From the NCBI GenBank assembly GCA_964633285.1, contig CAZWGA010000016.1, forward strand, positions 19,644 through 83,643: 64,000 nt of DNA. The letters run 5' to 3'. The stretch's first letter is position 1. Each line of letters opens with the position of its first letter. Origin of the DNA: an uncultured Solibacteraceae bacterium. GTDB taxonomy: Bacteria > Acidobacteriota > Terriglobia > 20CM-2-55-15. A program made the position numbers and the translations under genes. Of the stretch, positions 44,715 through 54,485 are shown in pieces. The notes under the pieces were generated by a model, which searched no databases, was not told where the DNA came from, and worked only from the letters and a program-made list of their open reading frames with translations.

Positions 44715-45812
44715 ATGAAGAACACATTCATAGCTTCCATTCTTCTCGCATTTCTCATCACACTCGCAGCCGTCGCTCAATCGAAACTGCTTCCCGGAAT
44801 GCCGGCGCCGCTCGATCCGAATGATATCTATGCCGCCGATCGCCCGAACGCGCTGAGTCCTGCAGTGAAGGGTTTTCTGCCTCGAATTTATGTTCCCAAC
44901 ACTGAGAGCAACACGGTCTCGGTGATCGATCCCGCCACATACAAAGTCATCGAAACGATTCCTACGGGACGCCAGCCGCAGCATGTCACGCCGTCGTATG
45001 ACATGACACAGCTATGGATACTCAACGACAAGGGAGACAGTTTGACTTCGATCGATCCGGCGACAGGCAAGAAAGGATCGACAGTTCCCGTCGACGATCC
45101 GTACAACATGTATTACACGCCCGACGGCAAATACGCGATTGTCGTTGCCGAACAAATGATGCGGCTGATGTTCCGCGATCCCAAAACCATGGCCTTGAAG
45201 AATTCCGTCTGGTTCAACTGCAAAGGAATCGATCACATGGATTTTTCCGCGGACGGAACTTATCTGATCGCGAGTTGTGAGTTCGGCGACAAAATCATCA
45301 AGGTTGATGTGCAGTCTCAAAAGCTCGTGGGCAGCATCACACTGGGGCCGCACAACGGACCGCAGGATGTGAAGCTCTCTCCGGATGGAAAAGTTTTTTA
45401 CGTCGCCGATATGCATGCCGACGGCGTTCATCTCATCGATGGCGACAAGGTTCAGAAGATCGGTTTCATTCCAACGGGCGTCGGGGCGCATGGACTCTAT
45501 GTCAGCCGGGACTCGAAGGTTTTGTATGTCTCCAATCGAATGGAAGGCAGCATATCGTTGATTGATTTCAAAACCCGGAAGGTCGTCAAGAAATGGCAAT
45601 TGCCTGGCGGCGGCAGCCCTGACATGGGCGGCGTTTCAGCCGATGGAAAAGTGTTGTGGCTCTCCGGGCGTTATCACGCCGAGGTGTATGCCATCGACAC
45701 GAACGATGGCCATCTCATCGCGAAAATCCCTGTGGGCAAAGGACCGCACGGGTTATGTGTTTATCCTCAACCCGGCAGATACTCTCTGGGGCATACGGGA
45801 ATATTCCGGTAG
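44715..45812 (+). CDS. YncE/YVTN-type exported beta-propeller
   Basis: YVPNTESNTVSVIDP, GRQPQHV, GAHGL, IPVGKGPHG repeats. Confidence 0.87.
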   Translation: MKNTFIASILLAFLITLAAVAQSKLLPGMPAPLDPNDIYAADRPNALSPAVKGFLPRIYVPNTESNTVSVIDPATYKVIETIPTGRQPQHVTPSYDMTQLWILNDKGDSLTSIDPATGKKGSTVPVDDPYNMYYTPDGKYAIVVAEQMMRLMFRDPKTMALKNSVWFNCKGIDHMDFSADGTYLIASCEFGDKIIKVDVQSQKLVGSITLGPHNGPQDVKLSPDGKVFYVADMHADGVHLIDGDKVQKIGFIPTGVGAHGLYVSRDSKVLYVSNRMEGSISLIDFKTRKVVKKWQLPGGGSPDMGGVSADGKVLWLSGRYHAEVYAIDTNDGHLIAKIPVGKGPHGLCVYPQPGRYSLGHTGIFR

Positions 45813-45840
45813 GCTTGTTCTTCCCGATCCTGATGACGAA

Positions 45841-46941
45841 CTACTTCGACATTTGAATCACGTCCTCGTAGCCCGTCACTTTTCCCGCACCGAAAGCCTT
45901 GACGACTTCAGCCATCGGCGACAGCAGTTGTATAAACCGGCTGCGGTTTTGCTGGCGCTGCGCTTCGCCGTAAGCAAAGTGAGAACTTCGAATGAACATG
46001 CTCGAGGAATCGAGCGGAAATGTTGAGACATTCGCAAGGAAACGGCGCCAGTCGTCGCCCTGCTGAAACAGGTACTGCTCGACGTTGGAGGTATAGAACG
46101 CCGTGACTGTGGCTCCATGGTCCCGAATGTAACGGCCCGCACTTCTCAGCGCCTTGCTGCCCGCAAAGTCTCCCACGACGGGAACAACCAGATTCCTGCG
46201 TTCGAGTTCGCGCACGGCCTGGAAATTCTCTTCGTTCGCAAGATAGCTGCGCGCGACACCGCGTTCGTCTGTGGCGATCATCAGGTCGGAATACGTCGCT
46301 CCTCCAAACGGGGTAAATGCGGACCTCGAATAGCCGAAAGCTCCATCCGCATCGAAGAACACTCTATAAATGAAATCGATGGATTCCTTATCGTCGGCCG
46401 TCAACTGAAAATGGTGCTCCTTGATCAGAGAATCCTTGATGGCCTGAAGATTCTGCAGGTAGAACCCCGTGTTGGGCGGACTTCTGCGAAAAGCATCAAA
46501 CATCTCACGGACCGTCGATTTATCCGTCAAACCCACGGGCATTTTCCGCGAGAACAAGTGCGAGAGAAAGTCGGCGCGATTCGACGACATCTCGAAAATC
46601 GTCTTGTAGATCAGATGCTCCACCATGTTTTGCCGGCGTATATCGACGATGAAAGCCATTTGAGGATGGATCGCCGCAATGTAGGTGAAGTTCTGCTCCG
46701 GACCGACACCCAGATAAACGCCGCCGGGCTTTCGATTCTCCTTTAACCGCGGAATGACGTATTGAAAGGTTTGTTCATTCGACATGTACTCGAAACGGAA
46801 GCTGCCGCTTTCTTCCGAGTAGTCTGAAACAAGGCGCCAGAACGCGTCATCGGTAAGTTCCCGGGGCAGCGTATCTGCCGCATGGAAAGGAATAATGAAG
46901 AACAGAACGGTTAACAACAAACACACCGAAAACCATTTCAT
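45841..46941 (-). CDS. Exported protein of unknown function (LIC_10091-like), paralog of 3737-4906
   Basis: GGVYLGVGPEQNFTY, VDIRRQNM, GDFAG, FYTSNVEQYL; GGAG before ATG 46941. Confidence 0.8.
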   Translation of the reverse strand: MKWFSVCLLLTVLFFIIPFHAADTLPRELTDDAFWRLVSDYSEESGSFRFEYMSNEQTFQYVIPRLKENRKPGGVYLGVGPEQNFTYIAAIHPQMAFIVDIRRQNMVEHLIYKTIFEMSSNRADFLSHLFSRKMPVGLTDKSTVREMFDAFRRSPPNTGFYLQNLQAIKDSLIKEHHFQLTADDKESIDFIYRVFFDADGAFGYSRSAFTPFGGATYSDLMIATDERGVARSYLANEENFQAVRELERRNLVVPVVGDFAGSKALRSAGRYIRDHGATVTAFYTSNVEQYLFQQGDDWRRFLANVSTFPLDSSSMFIRSSHFAYGEAQRQQNRSRFIQLLSPMAEVVKAFGAGKVTGYEDVIQMSK

Positions 46942-46957
46942 GCTGTTTACTCCAACC

Positions 46958-47854
46958 TCATGCCAACCGGCCCCGCAGTTCCACAATAATTCCATTCGGG
47001 TCCCGGAATCGCAAAAGTTCAAGATCCCTGAAACGCGACCGATCCTGAGCTTCATCCGCCGCAGATAGAATTTCAGCGCCGAGATTTTTCAAGCCGGCCG
47101 CAACAACCGCGGGATCGTACCCTGCGACGCCGACGCAGAAGTGATCGATCCTCGGCGTCTCCCCTGCTTTAACGGCCTGTATTCCGAGCCGCGTGCCGCC
47201 GATCTGGAACCACAATCGATCCGGGTTGGTATTCCTGGACCATTCCCTGCCGAACAACAATCGGTAATATTTCGCGGATTTTTCAACGTCCGTCACACTC
47301 AACATGATGTGATCGAGACCTAGCGGATGCACGAGAGCGGACTTATCCGTGATGCGCCCGGCAGGTATCGTGGTTCGCGCCAGGCCGCCGGGAATACCGA
47401 GCAATTGAAGCTGAATTCCATCCGCGTCGCCGATCATGCCGACGCCGCCGGCATTCACGGTAATGCCCTGAGCGTCGAGTTCCTGCCGGAATGCCTGCGC
47501 GTTGTATCCGTCAACGAGCGCGCAATAGTGATCGATACGCGATGGCGTCCCGGCCTGCCGATTGATGCCTAGCGCGATGTATCCGATCCCCATGGATACG
47601 TAATATCGCAACGGCTCACTGTTTTCCTTGTGCAGTTCCGGATTGAAAATCGATCCATAGAACAATCCGGCTTTCGCAACGTCAGGCACCGTCATGCCGA
47701 AGTGTTCGAGGCCTGTCGTGCGAAGCGGCAGTTGCGGACCCTGCGCTGGAGCCGCCGCTCCTCGCGCCTGTCCAAAACTTGCTGCATTGCGCAACGGCAA
47801 TACTGCGCCTGCAACACCAAGCCGGCTAAGAAAAGAACGGCGAGTCCACATCAC
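46958..47854 (-). CDS. Two-domain VOC/glyoxalase family protein with Tat signal
   Basis: TRRSFL twin-arginine signal; LEHFGMTVPD, IDHYC, LDHIMLSV, IDHFC, FRDPNG. Confidence 0.85.
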   Translation of the reverse strand: MMWTRRSFLSRLGVAGAVLPLRNAASFGQARGAAAPAQGPQLPLRTTGLEHFGMTVPDVAKAGLFYGSIFNPELHKENSEPLRYYVSMGIGYIALGINRQAGTPSRIDHYCALVDGYNAQAFRQELDAQGITVNAGGVGMIGDADGIQLQLLGIPGGLARTTIPAGRITDKSALVHPLGLDHIMLSVTDVEKSAKYYRLLFGREWSRNTNPDRLWFQIGGTRLGIQAVKAGETPRIDHFCVGVAGYDPAVVAAGLKNLGAEILSAADEAQDRSRFRDLELLRFRDPNGIIVELRGRLA

Positions 47855-47995
47855 AACCTCCGATACGCGGCACGGTATCCGGTCCTTTTACCACAACGCC
47901 CGTGCTTTGGTGGTTTCACAATTCGGCGTCAGACCCGGCAAGCTGATGCAACAAGGGTCTGACGCCGACGCCGAAGTACTCTATAATGCCGGACC

Positions 47996-48367
47996 ATGAA
48001 AAGCATGCTGACGATGGTCACGGTCTCCGACATGAATCGCTCTGTCTCGTTCTACAAGGACACCCTGGGTCTCACACTTCGATTTCAATCACCGGACTGG
48101 TCTGAATTCGATGCGGGCGGAACAACGCTCGCGCTTCATGGAGGAGGCGTCCCCGGACCGCTACCATCAGGTAAAGAACAAATCGCCGGAAGAGCCACGC
48201 TCGGATTCAACGTGGAGAACCTCGACCAGGCCTTCGCAGAAGTGAAATCCAAAGGAGCGCGCGTGCTCATGCCGCCGATGGAGAGGGCCGAGCAAGGAAT
48301 CCGGCTCGCGATCGTGCTCGATCCTGACGGCCTGCCCGTTTCCCTAGCTCAAACGACGCTCCATTAG
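47996..48367 (+). CDS. VOC/glyoxalase family protein
   Basis: VSDMNRSVSFYKDTLG, LDPDG; TATAAT 8 nt before ATG. Confidence 0.88.
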   Translation: MKSMLTMVTVSDMNRSVSFYKDTLGLTLRFQSPDWSEFDAGGTTLALHGGGVPGPLPSGKEQIAGRATLGFNVENLDQAFAEVKSKGARVLMPPMERAEQGIRLAIVLDPDGLPVSLAQTTLH

Positions 48368-48840
48368 TGCGCAACAGCAGGCGTGTCGACCGCACCGTGG
48401 ACCAGCACAACCTTCCAGTCGTTCCCAACCTTCCGGAAAACAAGACTGTTGGTGCCTTTGACCCGATTGGTGCCCTCGATCACGTAGTTGAAACCCGCCC
48501 AGCCTCCGGTATCCCAATTTGATGTTCTCAGATTGGTGATGCTCAGCTTCCTTGGAGGATTCGCCGACAAAAGCCGATTGATCCATACGTTGGCGAGAAG
48601 GTGATGCCCGTCTTCATCCAGCCACACGGCATTCGGATCGAGAACCTTGTCGAAATACGCGGTGTCGTGATTGTTGAAGGCCGTAACAATGCCGTTGACT
48701 GCATCAGCGATCGGACCGGACGCCGTTGCCGGCGGAGCAAAAATATTCGGACGGACGCCCCGATTCTGCGCCGCGGGCGCCAGAGCACGGATAGTCAGTA
48801 TAGAGGCCACCAATAACAACCAGCGTAACGTTCTGTTCAT
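48364..48840 (-). CDS. Exported NTF2/DUF4440-like protein
   Basis: Signal peptide; AFNNHD; VFRKVGNDWKVVLVH. Confidence 0.8.
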   Translation of the reverse strand: MNRTLRWLLLVASILTIRALAPAAQNRGVRPNIFAPPATASGPIADAVNGIVTAFNNHDTAYFDKVLDPNAVWLDEDGHHLLANVWINRLLSANPPRKLSITNLRTSNWDTGGWAGFNYVIEGTNRVKGTNSLVFRKVGNDWKVVLVHGAVDTPAVAH

Positions 48841-48850
48841 CGGACTCCTT

Positions 48851-49558
48851 TCAATTACAACCTTTCATAGCTTCTTCCAGTTGATCATAGAGGCGTTTGG
48901 CGCCATCACCGGCGAGGGTTTGAATCATGTGCTGTTGACCTTTTTCAACGGTCATGCGGACATGAAAGCCGCGCCGGCGCAGCGCATCGGATTGCTGCCG
49001 CATCGCACCGATCCAACTCGAGTCGAGTTCCCCGGCGTGCATGTAGATGCAAAGCGGACTCAAAGCGTCGAGTGGGGTTTCATCAGCGAGATATCCCGGA
49101 TATCCCGTGACCGACTTGAAGTATTGCGGATACTTCGCCGCAATGTGAAACGCGCTTAGACCGCCGCTGGAGAAACCCGCAATGTGGAGTTTTCCATCCT
49201 GAACTTTGTAATCGCGCAGAATCTGATCGAGGAACTCCGGGAAGATCCGATCGCCTTTTTGATAGAAGAGATCATTGCCGGGAGCAGCCGGACTCACAAT
49301 GATGTATCCACGCCGCTGCGCCTCCAGGCCCCAGTTCCTCGCAAGCATCCCATCCACCATCGGCATCGTCTGTGAACCGCCGGCAAAAGCGAGCACGGCC
49401 GGATAGGCGCGGGACGCATCGTATGTTCGAGGCAGAATGACTTTGTAGTGAACGGTAGTGCCGGCAATCGTTGCGGTTTTTTCCTGTGTCTCCGCAAAAG
49501 CAGATATGCAGAAAGCGCTCAGCAGCCAGATCACGAACGAGGATCGCATCAGGCTCAA
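48851..49558 (-). CDS. Exported alpha/beta-hydrolase
   Basis: Signal peptide; GFSSGG nucleophile; GELD; QH. Confidence 0.8.
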   Translation of the reverse strand: MSLMRSSFVIWLLSAFCISAFAETQEKTATIAGTTVHYKVILPRTYDASRAYPAVLAFAGGSQTMPMVDGMLARNWGLEAQRRGYIIVSPAAPGNDLFYQKGDRIFPEFLDQILRDYKVQDGKLHIAGFSSGGLSAFHIAAKYPQYFKSVTGYPGYLADETPLDALSPLCIYMHAGELDSSWIGAMRQQSDALRRRGFHVRMTVEKGQQHMIQTLAGDGAKRLYDQLEEAMKGCN

Positions 49559-51012
49559 TTGCTGTTTGCCGTAAGCGACTGTTTGATCCTCTTCGCATCG
49601 CCTTCGGTCAGCCAGTGTTCTTTTACAAGGCGATCGACCGTTTCCGTCATGCGGCTCGCGTAGTTCTTGCGGCTCCCGTAAAGTTCGTTGATGCGCGCCG
49701 CGTCGAACGAAACCTTGTGCCCCATTTCGCGGCAGGTGCCGGGCCCGGGACTGCTCGTGAAATAAGTGGCGTCGGGAACATCAATGTATGGCGTGCGGAC
49801 TCCGCCGAGTCCGTGTCCCAGCTTATCTGTAACAACCGCAGCCTGGGGTGTTCCCGCATCCTTCAGTTCGACGCGCTCGGCGCGAGGCGCGGCAGTTCCC
49901 ATTTTCACCCATTCGTCGAGGTTCGCAAACGCCGAATTGAAGACGAAGCCGATCAGGCTCGGCTCCATCAATGGAATTTCCGGATCGCATTTTGCGTTGA
50001 ACGGCCACTCCACTGTTCCCTGCGCGTTGCCCACTGCCGCAACCTGATCGGGTTGAACCGGAAATCCGTAATACGCGGACTTATCGATGTGGCCGGCGGA
50101 AGCGACTTCATAGAGCCGGAATCGATCCTTGGGCTCATCGCTGTCTGCGCGGCGCGAAGCGAAAGTTCCTCCGATAATCTCTCCCTGTGCCGCAACTTCG
50201 ATCACCGGCACGCCGACGTTCTTGATGGCCTGACGGGGATCGGCCGGAGAGGGATTCGGCGCGCATTGATTGAGTCGCGTCATGTTGAAACCGGCCTTCA
50301 ACACATAACCGTCATAGACAGGTTTGCCGTTCTCGAGATTTGCGTGAATGGCATTCGCGTATGTCGCGACGTCGCTCCCCTGGGTCGTCAGATAGAGATT
50401 CTGAACGCGAAGACCCGCTAGCGGCCTGCCGGCAACATTGCTTTTCAGGAGTGCTCCAACCTGACTGATCATGTCCCACCGCAAACCTTCTTCGGAGGGC
50501 GGAGCGGCATTGTTTCCGCACGGCGCATTCGGGGAGGGGTTCGCAAACGATACGGCAGCGTATCGTGTGGGATTGAATTTCTTTAATCCGTCGGCAACAG
50601 CGGGCAGGGAGATCCCCACCCATGCATCGCCGTGATCCATGATGTAGTCGTGGGTGAAACCCCACATCATCGACCAGTCGAAACGCCGGGCAGGAAAAAG
50701 CAACTCGACCATTACGCTCCCGCTGAATCGCGCCGCGTCTTTGGGCCGGCGCACGAGGATTCGCGTCCCGTAAGGCGCGTTCGGAGTCTTCACGTTTACC
50801 GTGCCATCCGCCGCCCAGTCGTAAACATTCGCGCTGCCCGTCACAATGTATTCCTCTTCGACGTATGCAAGTTTGGAAAGGTCGACGGCCGGCGTCGCGT
50901 GATTCGCTGCCATGAATGGATAGGAATCGGCGGTAACGGGAACCGGCCCGGTAACCTTCGGCACGGGCGTAGCTCCGGCTGCCAGAAGCAACGTTGCGAT
51001 GGCGATGAGCAT
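49555..51012 (-). CDS. Exported alpha/beta-hydrolase-domain protein with degenerate nucleophile elbow
   Basis: YVEEEY, TRILVRRP, FSGSVMVE, YEVASAGH, GGVRTP, LYG; the expected GxSQ is replaced by LTTQG. Confidence 0.78.
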   Translation of the reverse strand: MLIAIATLLLAAGATPVPKVTGPVPVTADSYPFMAANHATPAVDLSKLAYVEEEYIVTGSANVYDWAADGTVNVKTPNAPYGTRILVRRPKDAARFSGSVMVELLFPARRFDWSMMWGFTHDYIMDHGDAWVGISLPAVADGLKKFNPTRYAAVSFANPSPNAPCGNNAAPPSEEGLRWDMISQVGALLKSNVAGRPLAGLRVQNLYLTTQGSDVATYANAIHANLENGKPVYDGYVLKAGFNMTRLNQCAPNPSPADPRQAIKNVGVPVIEVAAQGEIIGGTFASRRADSDEPKDRFRLYEVASAGHIDKSAYYGFPVQPDQVAAVGNAQGTVEWPFNAKCDPEIPLMEPSLIGFVFNSAFANLDEWVKMGTAAPRAERVELKDAGTPQAAVVTDKLGHGLGGVRTPYIDVPDATYFTSSPGPGTCREMGHKVSFDAARINELYGSRKNYASRMTETVDRLVKEHWLTEGDAKRIKQSLTANSN

Positions 51013-51115
51013 GGAATTTTCCTCCTGATCGATTCGGGAAAGGATAAATCTAAAATGCTCCGTGGTCCATGTTCAATGCTCCACGGGTACCGGCAGTTGT
51101 CACAGTCCAAATGAA

Positions 51116-51427
51116 CTACATCACGCGGTCATGTCCCCATGTCCACCTCGCGCTGATATCAAATTCCTTTGTTCCGCTGGGCGTGGCATTCGGGTTGTGA
51201 AGAGTCTGAGGATTGAACACAATCCCGAGTTCACGAAGCAATTCATCGAGACTTGCGCAGCCGTAAGTCAATCCCGGAAACTCCATCGTGTCGCGATTCA
51301 CATCCGAGACAACGGTCTTTTCCCGATTCACCACAAGCTTACGCAAGGCCCGCATTTTGCCGACTTCACGCCTGAAAAACTGGATGAGTTCGACTGCGTC
51401 ATCGACCGGGCCCGCATAGACGATCAT
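51116..51427 (-). CDS. Hypothetical protein
   Basis: Fills the gap before larA with protein-like composition; start uncertain (ATG 51427 preferred, since 51469 overlaps larA). Confidence 0.55.
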   Translation of the reverse strand: MIVYAGPVDDAVELIQFFRREVGKMRALRKLVVNREKTVVSDVNRDTMEFPGLTYGCASLDELLRELGIVFNPQTLHNPNATPSGTKEFDISARWTWGHDRVM

Positions 51428-51467
51428 GCCCCAGCAGTTTACCAAATTATGCGAAACTGTATGGCGC

Positions 51468-52739
51468 ATGAGACTGCGCCTGGATTACGGATCGGCTGGG
51501 TTGTTCGCGGATTTCCCCGATCGTGATACGACGGTCATTGAACCTCTGTATGTACCGCCGGCGGCCGATCCCTTACGCACACTGGTTGCGGCGCTTCGGA
51601 AACCCCTCGGCAAACCTCCTCTGCGCGAGCTCGTGCGGCCGGGAATGCAGATTGGAATTTCCGTCTGCGATATCACTCGCGCACAGCCTCGCGAATCGAT
51701 GCTCGAAGCGTTGTTCTCCGAACTCCCCGGATACCCATTAGACGCCGCGACGATTTTCATCGCGACCGGCACTCACAGAGCCAACTCCGATGCCGAAATC
51801 GAACGCATGTTGGGCCGAAAATTTGCCACCCATTGCCGCATCGTCTGCCACAACGCACGCGACAACGACTCTTTGAAGCATGTCGGCGACACAACAACCG
51901 GCGTGCGCGTGTTGTTGAATCGGAAATGGGCCGAATGCGAATTCAAAATCACAACCGGGTTTGTCGAGCCTCATTTCTTTGCGGGTTTCAGCGGCGGTCC
52001 CAAGATGGTTGCTCCCGGGCTTGCGGGGCTTGAAACCGTCATGGAACTCCACAATGCCGCGCGCATCGGGCATCCGAATGCCACATGGGGAATCACCGCC
52101 GGCAATCCAATACACGATGATGTGCGTGAGATTGCCCGAATGACTGGGGTCGATTTTGCTCTGGATGTCACGTTGAACCGGGATCAGCAGATCACCGCCG
52201 CCTTTGCGGGTGACCTGCTGAAAGAGCATGCAGCGGCTTGTGAGGCTGCCCGGGAAAACGCGATGCGAAGCGTTCCCACACCTTTCGATGTGGTCGTCAC
52301 CACCAATTCGGGATATCCGCTGGATCAGAATCTGTATCAGGCAGTCAAGGGAATGTCCGCGGCGGCCAGGATCGTCAAGAAGAATGGAACGATCGTATGC
52401 GCCGCGGAATGCCGCGACGGCATTCCGGCTCACGGCTCATACGGCCAGATTCTCAGTTCGCAGCCATCACCCCGCGCGCTGCTCGACATGATCACAGCAC
52501 CCGGTTACTCACAGCCCGATCAATGGCAAGTGCAGATTCAAGCGATGGTTCAACTGAAAGCCAATGTACTCGTCAAGGCGGATTGTCTCTCCGACGAACA
52601 GATTCGAGGGGCACACTTCACACCCATCTCCAATTTGGGAGAAGCTATCGGGGCCGCGCTGAGCGATGCCGGTCCCGGCGCGACTCTTTGTGTTTTGCCC
52701 CACGGACCCCAGACGATTCCCTATCTGGAGACGAAATAG
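51468..52739 (+). CDS. larA: Nickel-pincer-dependent lactate racemase/alpha-hydroxyacid epimerase
   Basis: DITR, ATGTHR, PHFFAGFSGGPK, NPIH, GYPLDQNLYQAVKG, ECRDG. Confidence 0.9.
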   Translation: MRLRLDYGSAGLFADFPDRDTTVIEPLYVPPAADPLRTLVAALRKPLGKPPLRELVRPGMQIGISVCDITRAQPRESMLEALFSELPGYPLDAATIFIATGTHRANSDAEIERMLGRKFATHCRIVCHNARDNDSLKHVGDTTTGVRVLLNRKWAECEFKITTGFVEPHFFAGFSGGPKMVAPGLAGLETVMELHNAARIGHPNATWGITAGNPIHDDVREIARMTGVDFALDVTLNRDQQITAAFAGDLLKEHAAACEAARENAMRSVPTPFDVVVTTNSGYPLDQNLYQAVKGMSAAARIVKKNGTIVCAAECRDGIPAHGSYGQILSSQPSPRALLDMITAPGYSQPDQWQVQIQAMVQLKANVLVKADCLSDEQIRGAHFTPISNLGEAIGAALSDAGPGATLCVLPHGPQTIPYLETK

Positions 52740-53993
52740 ATGGGAATGACAATCGCCGAAAAAATACTGGCAAAGAAATCGGGACAGGAGACTGTGGCGC
52801 CCGGCCAGATCATCGATGCCTATCCCGATCTTGTCATGAGCCACACAGCGACCTGGCGGTCGGTAAGCGTCATGGAAAAAGTCGGCGGCAAAAAACTCTA
52901 CGATCCGGACAGGATCGCGGTCGTACTCGATCACATCGCGCCGGCAAAGTCGGAAAAGAATGCCGCGGATCATCAAAAGAGCCGCAACTTCGTCAGGAAA
53001 TTCGGCGTGCAGAAATTCTACGACGTCGATGCCGGCATCGCTCATCTGGTTCTCATGGAAGCAGGACACGTCGCCCCCGGCGATCTTATTGTCGGCACGG
53101 ATTCTCATTGCACGATCTACGGAAGCCTTGGAGCGCTGGGCACCGGCATCGGATACACCGAAGTCACTTCGGTATGGATTACCGGCAAACTCTGGATGAA
53201 AGTTCCGGAAACCGTGCGGATCATCCTGACGGGCCGATTCCCGGTTGGCGTCTACTCGAAAGATCTCATGCTGCGGTTGATCGGAATGCTCGGCGCGGAC
53301 GGCTGCACATACAAATCCGTCGAGTTCTACGGCGATACAGTCCGCAATCTCAGCATTTCCGAACGAATGACGATGACGAATCTCGCCATGGAAATGGGAG
53401 TCAAGTGCGCGTTCGTTCCACCCGATTCGAAAACCCGCGAGTATTTGGAGCATCGCAGGAAGGGGCGCGCATACACGGAAATCCACGCTGATGCGGATGC
53501 GCTGTACAGCAGGGACATCGAAGTCGACGTTTCAGAACTCGGGCCGATGATCGCGTGCCCGCACGAAGTCGAAAATACAAAACCCGTTGAGGAAGTCGCG
53601 GGGACGCACATCGATCAGGTGTTCCTCGGTTCGTGCGCCAATGCAAAGTACGAAGATCTGGTTGTCGCCGCGGCCATGTTGCGTGGCCGGCACATCCATC
53701 CCGATGTTCGCTTCATCATTACTCCCGGTTCGAAGGAAATCATGCTCGAAGCGATCAAGAGCGGCGTCCTTGCCACGCTCATTGAAAGTGGCGGAACTTT
53801 GACGAATCCCGGCTGCGGAGCTTGTGCCGGTGACGGCGGCGTTCTCGCCGATGGAGAAGTCTGCCTTTCAACCGCCAACCGGAATTTCCTCGGACGCATG
53901 GGAAGCAGCAAAGCATCGATATATCTCTGCAGTCCGGCAACGCTGGCTGCTTCTGCAATCCAGGGGGTCATCGCGGATCCCAGAAAGGTCTAG
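52740..53993 (+). CDS. Aconitase-family hydro-lyase large subunit (LeuC/HacA/DmdA-like)
   Basis: LDH, GIAH, GTDSH, GSCAN, CGAC, STANRNFLGRMG. Confidence 0.9.
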   Translation: MGMTIAEKILAKKSGQETVAPGQIIDAYPDLVMSHTATWRSVSVMEKVGGKKLYDPDRIAVVLDHIAPAKSEKNAADHQKSRNFVRKFGVQKFYDVDAGIAHLVLMEAGHVAPGDLIVGTDSHCTIYGSLGALGTGIGYTEVTSVWITGKLWMKVPETVRIILTGRFPVGVYSKDLMLRLIGMLGADGCTYKSVEFYGDTVRNLSISERMTMTNLAMEMGVKCAFVPPDSKTREYLEHRRKGRAYTEIHADADALYSRDIEVDVSELGPMIACPHEVENTKPVEEVAGTHIDQVFLGSCANAKYEDLVVAAAMLRGRHIHPDVRFIITPGSKEIMLEAIKSGVLATLIESGGTLTNPGCGACAGDGGVLADGEVCLSTANRNFLGRMGSSKASIYLCSPATLAASAIQGVIADPRKV

Positions 53994-53996
53994 CGG

Positions 53997-54485
53997 GTGG
54001 AAAACGAAATCCGGGGAAGGGTTTATAAGTTTGGCGACAACATCAACTCCGACGTTATCATCCCGGGCCGCTACCTTATATATATAGAACCCGAGAAACT
54101 CGCCGAACACGCCTTCGAAGTTCTCGGCGGCGATTTTCCCAAAAAACTCAGGAGCTTTAACATCATTGCCGCCGGCCGGAACTTCGGTTGCGGCAGCGCG
54201 AGAGAGCAGGCTGTAACCGCGATCATGGGTCTCGGCATCAAAGCAGTCATTGCATGTTCCTTCGCGCGAACCTTCTACAGGAATGCCATCAACTCCGGTC
54301 TTCCCATTGTTGAATGTCCGGAATTGTACGAGGCCCTTGAGGAAGGAGATGACGTTCAAGTGGACCTCGGCGCCGGCGAAGTCCGGCGAGCGGATCGCAT
54401 CTATCACTTTCCGAAATTCCCCGAGTCCATGCGGAAGCTTTTAGAGTTGGGCGGTCTGGCGGAGTATTTGAAATCGCAGGTTTGA
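53997..54485 (+). CDS. Aconitase-family hydro-lyase small subunit (LeuD/HacB/DmdB-like)
   Basis: FGDNINSDVIIPGRYL, NFGCGSAREQA, SFARTFYRN. Confidence 0.9.
   Translation: MENEIRGRVYKFGDNINSDVIIPGRYLIYIEPEKLAEHAFEVLGGDFPKKLRSFNIIAAGRNFGCGSAREQAVTAIMGLGIKAVIACSFARTFYRNAINSGLPIVECPELYEALEEGDDVQVDLGAGEVRRADRIYHFPKFPESMRKLLELGGLAEYLKSQV

Noticed and set aside
52397-53491. 364-aa Arg/Ser-rich plus-strand ORF
   Set aside because: Alternative frame over larA and the LeuC-like gene, with composition typical of off-frame GC-rich DNA.
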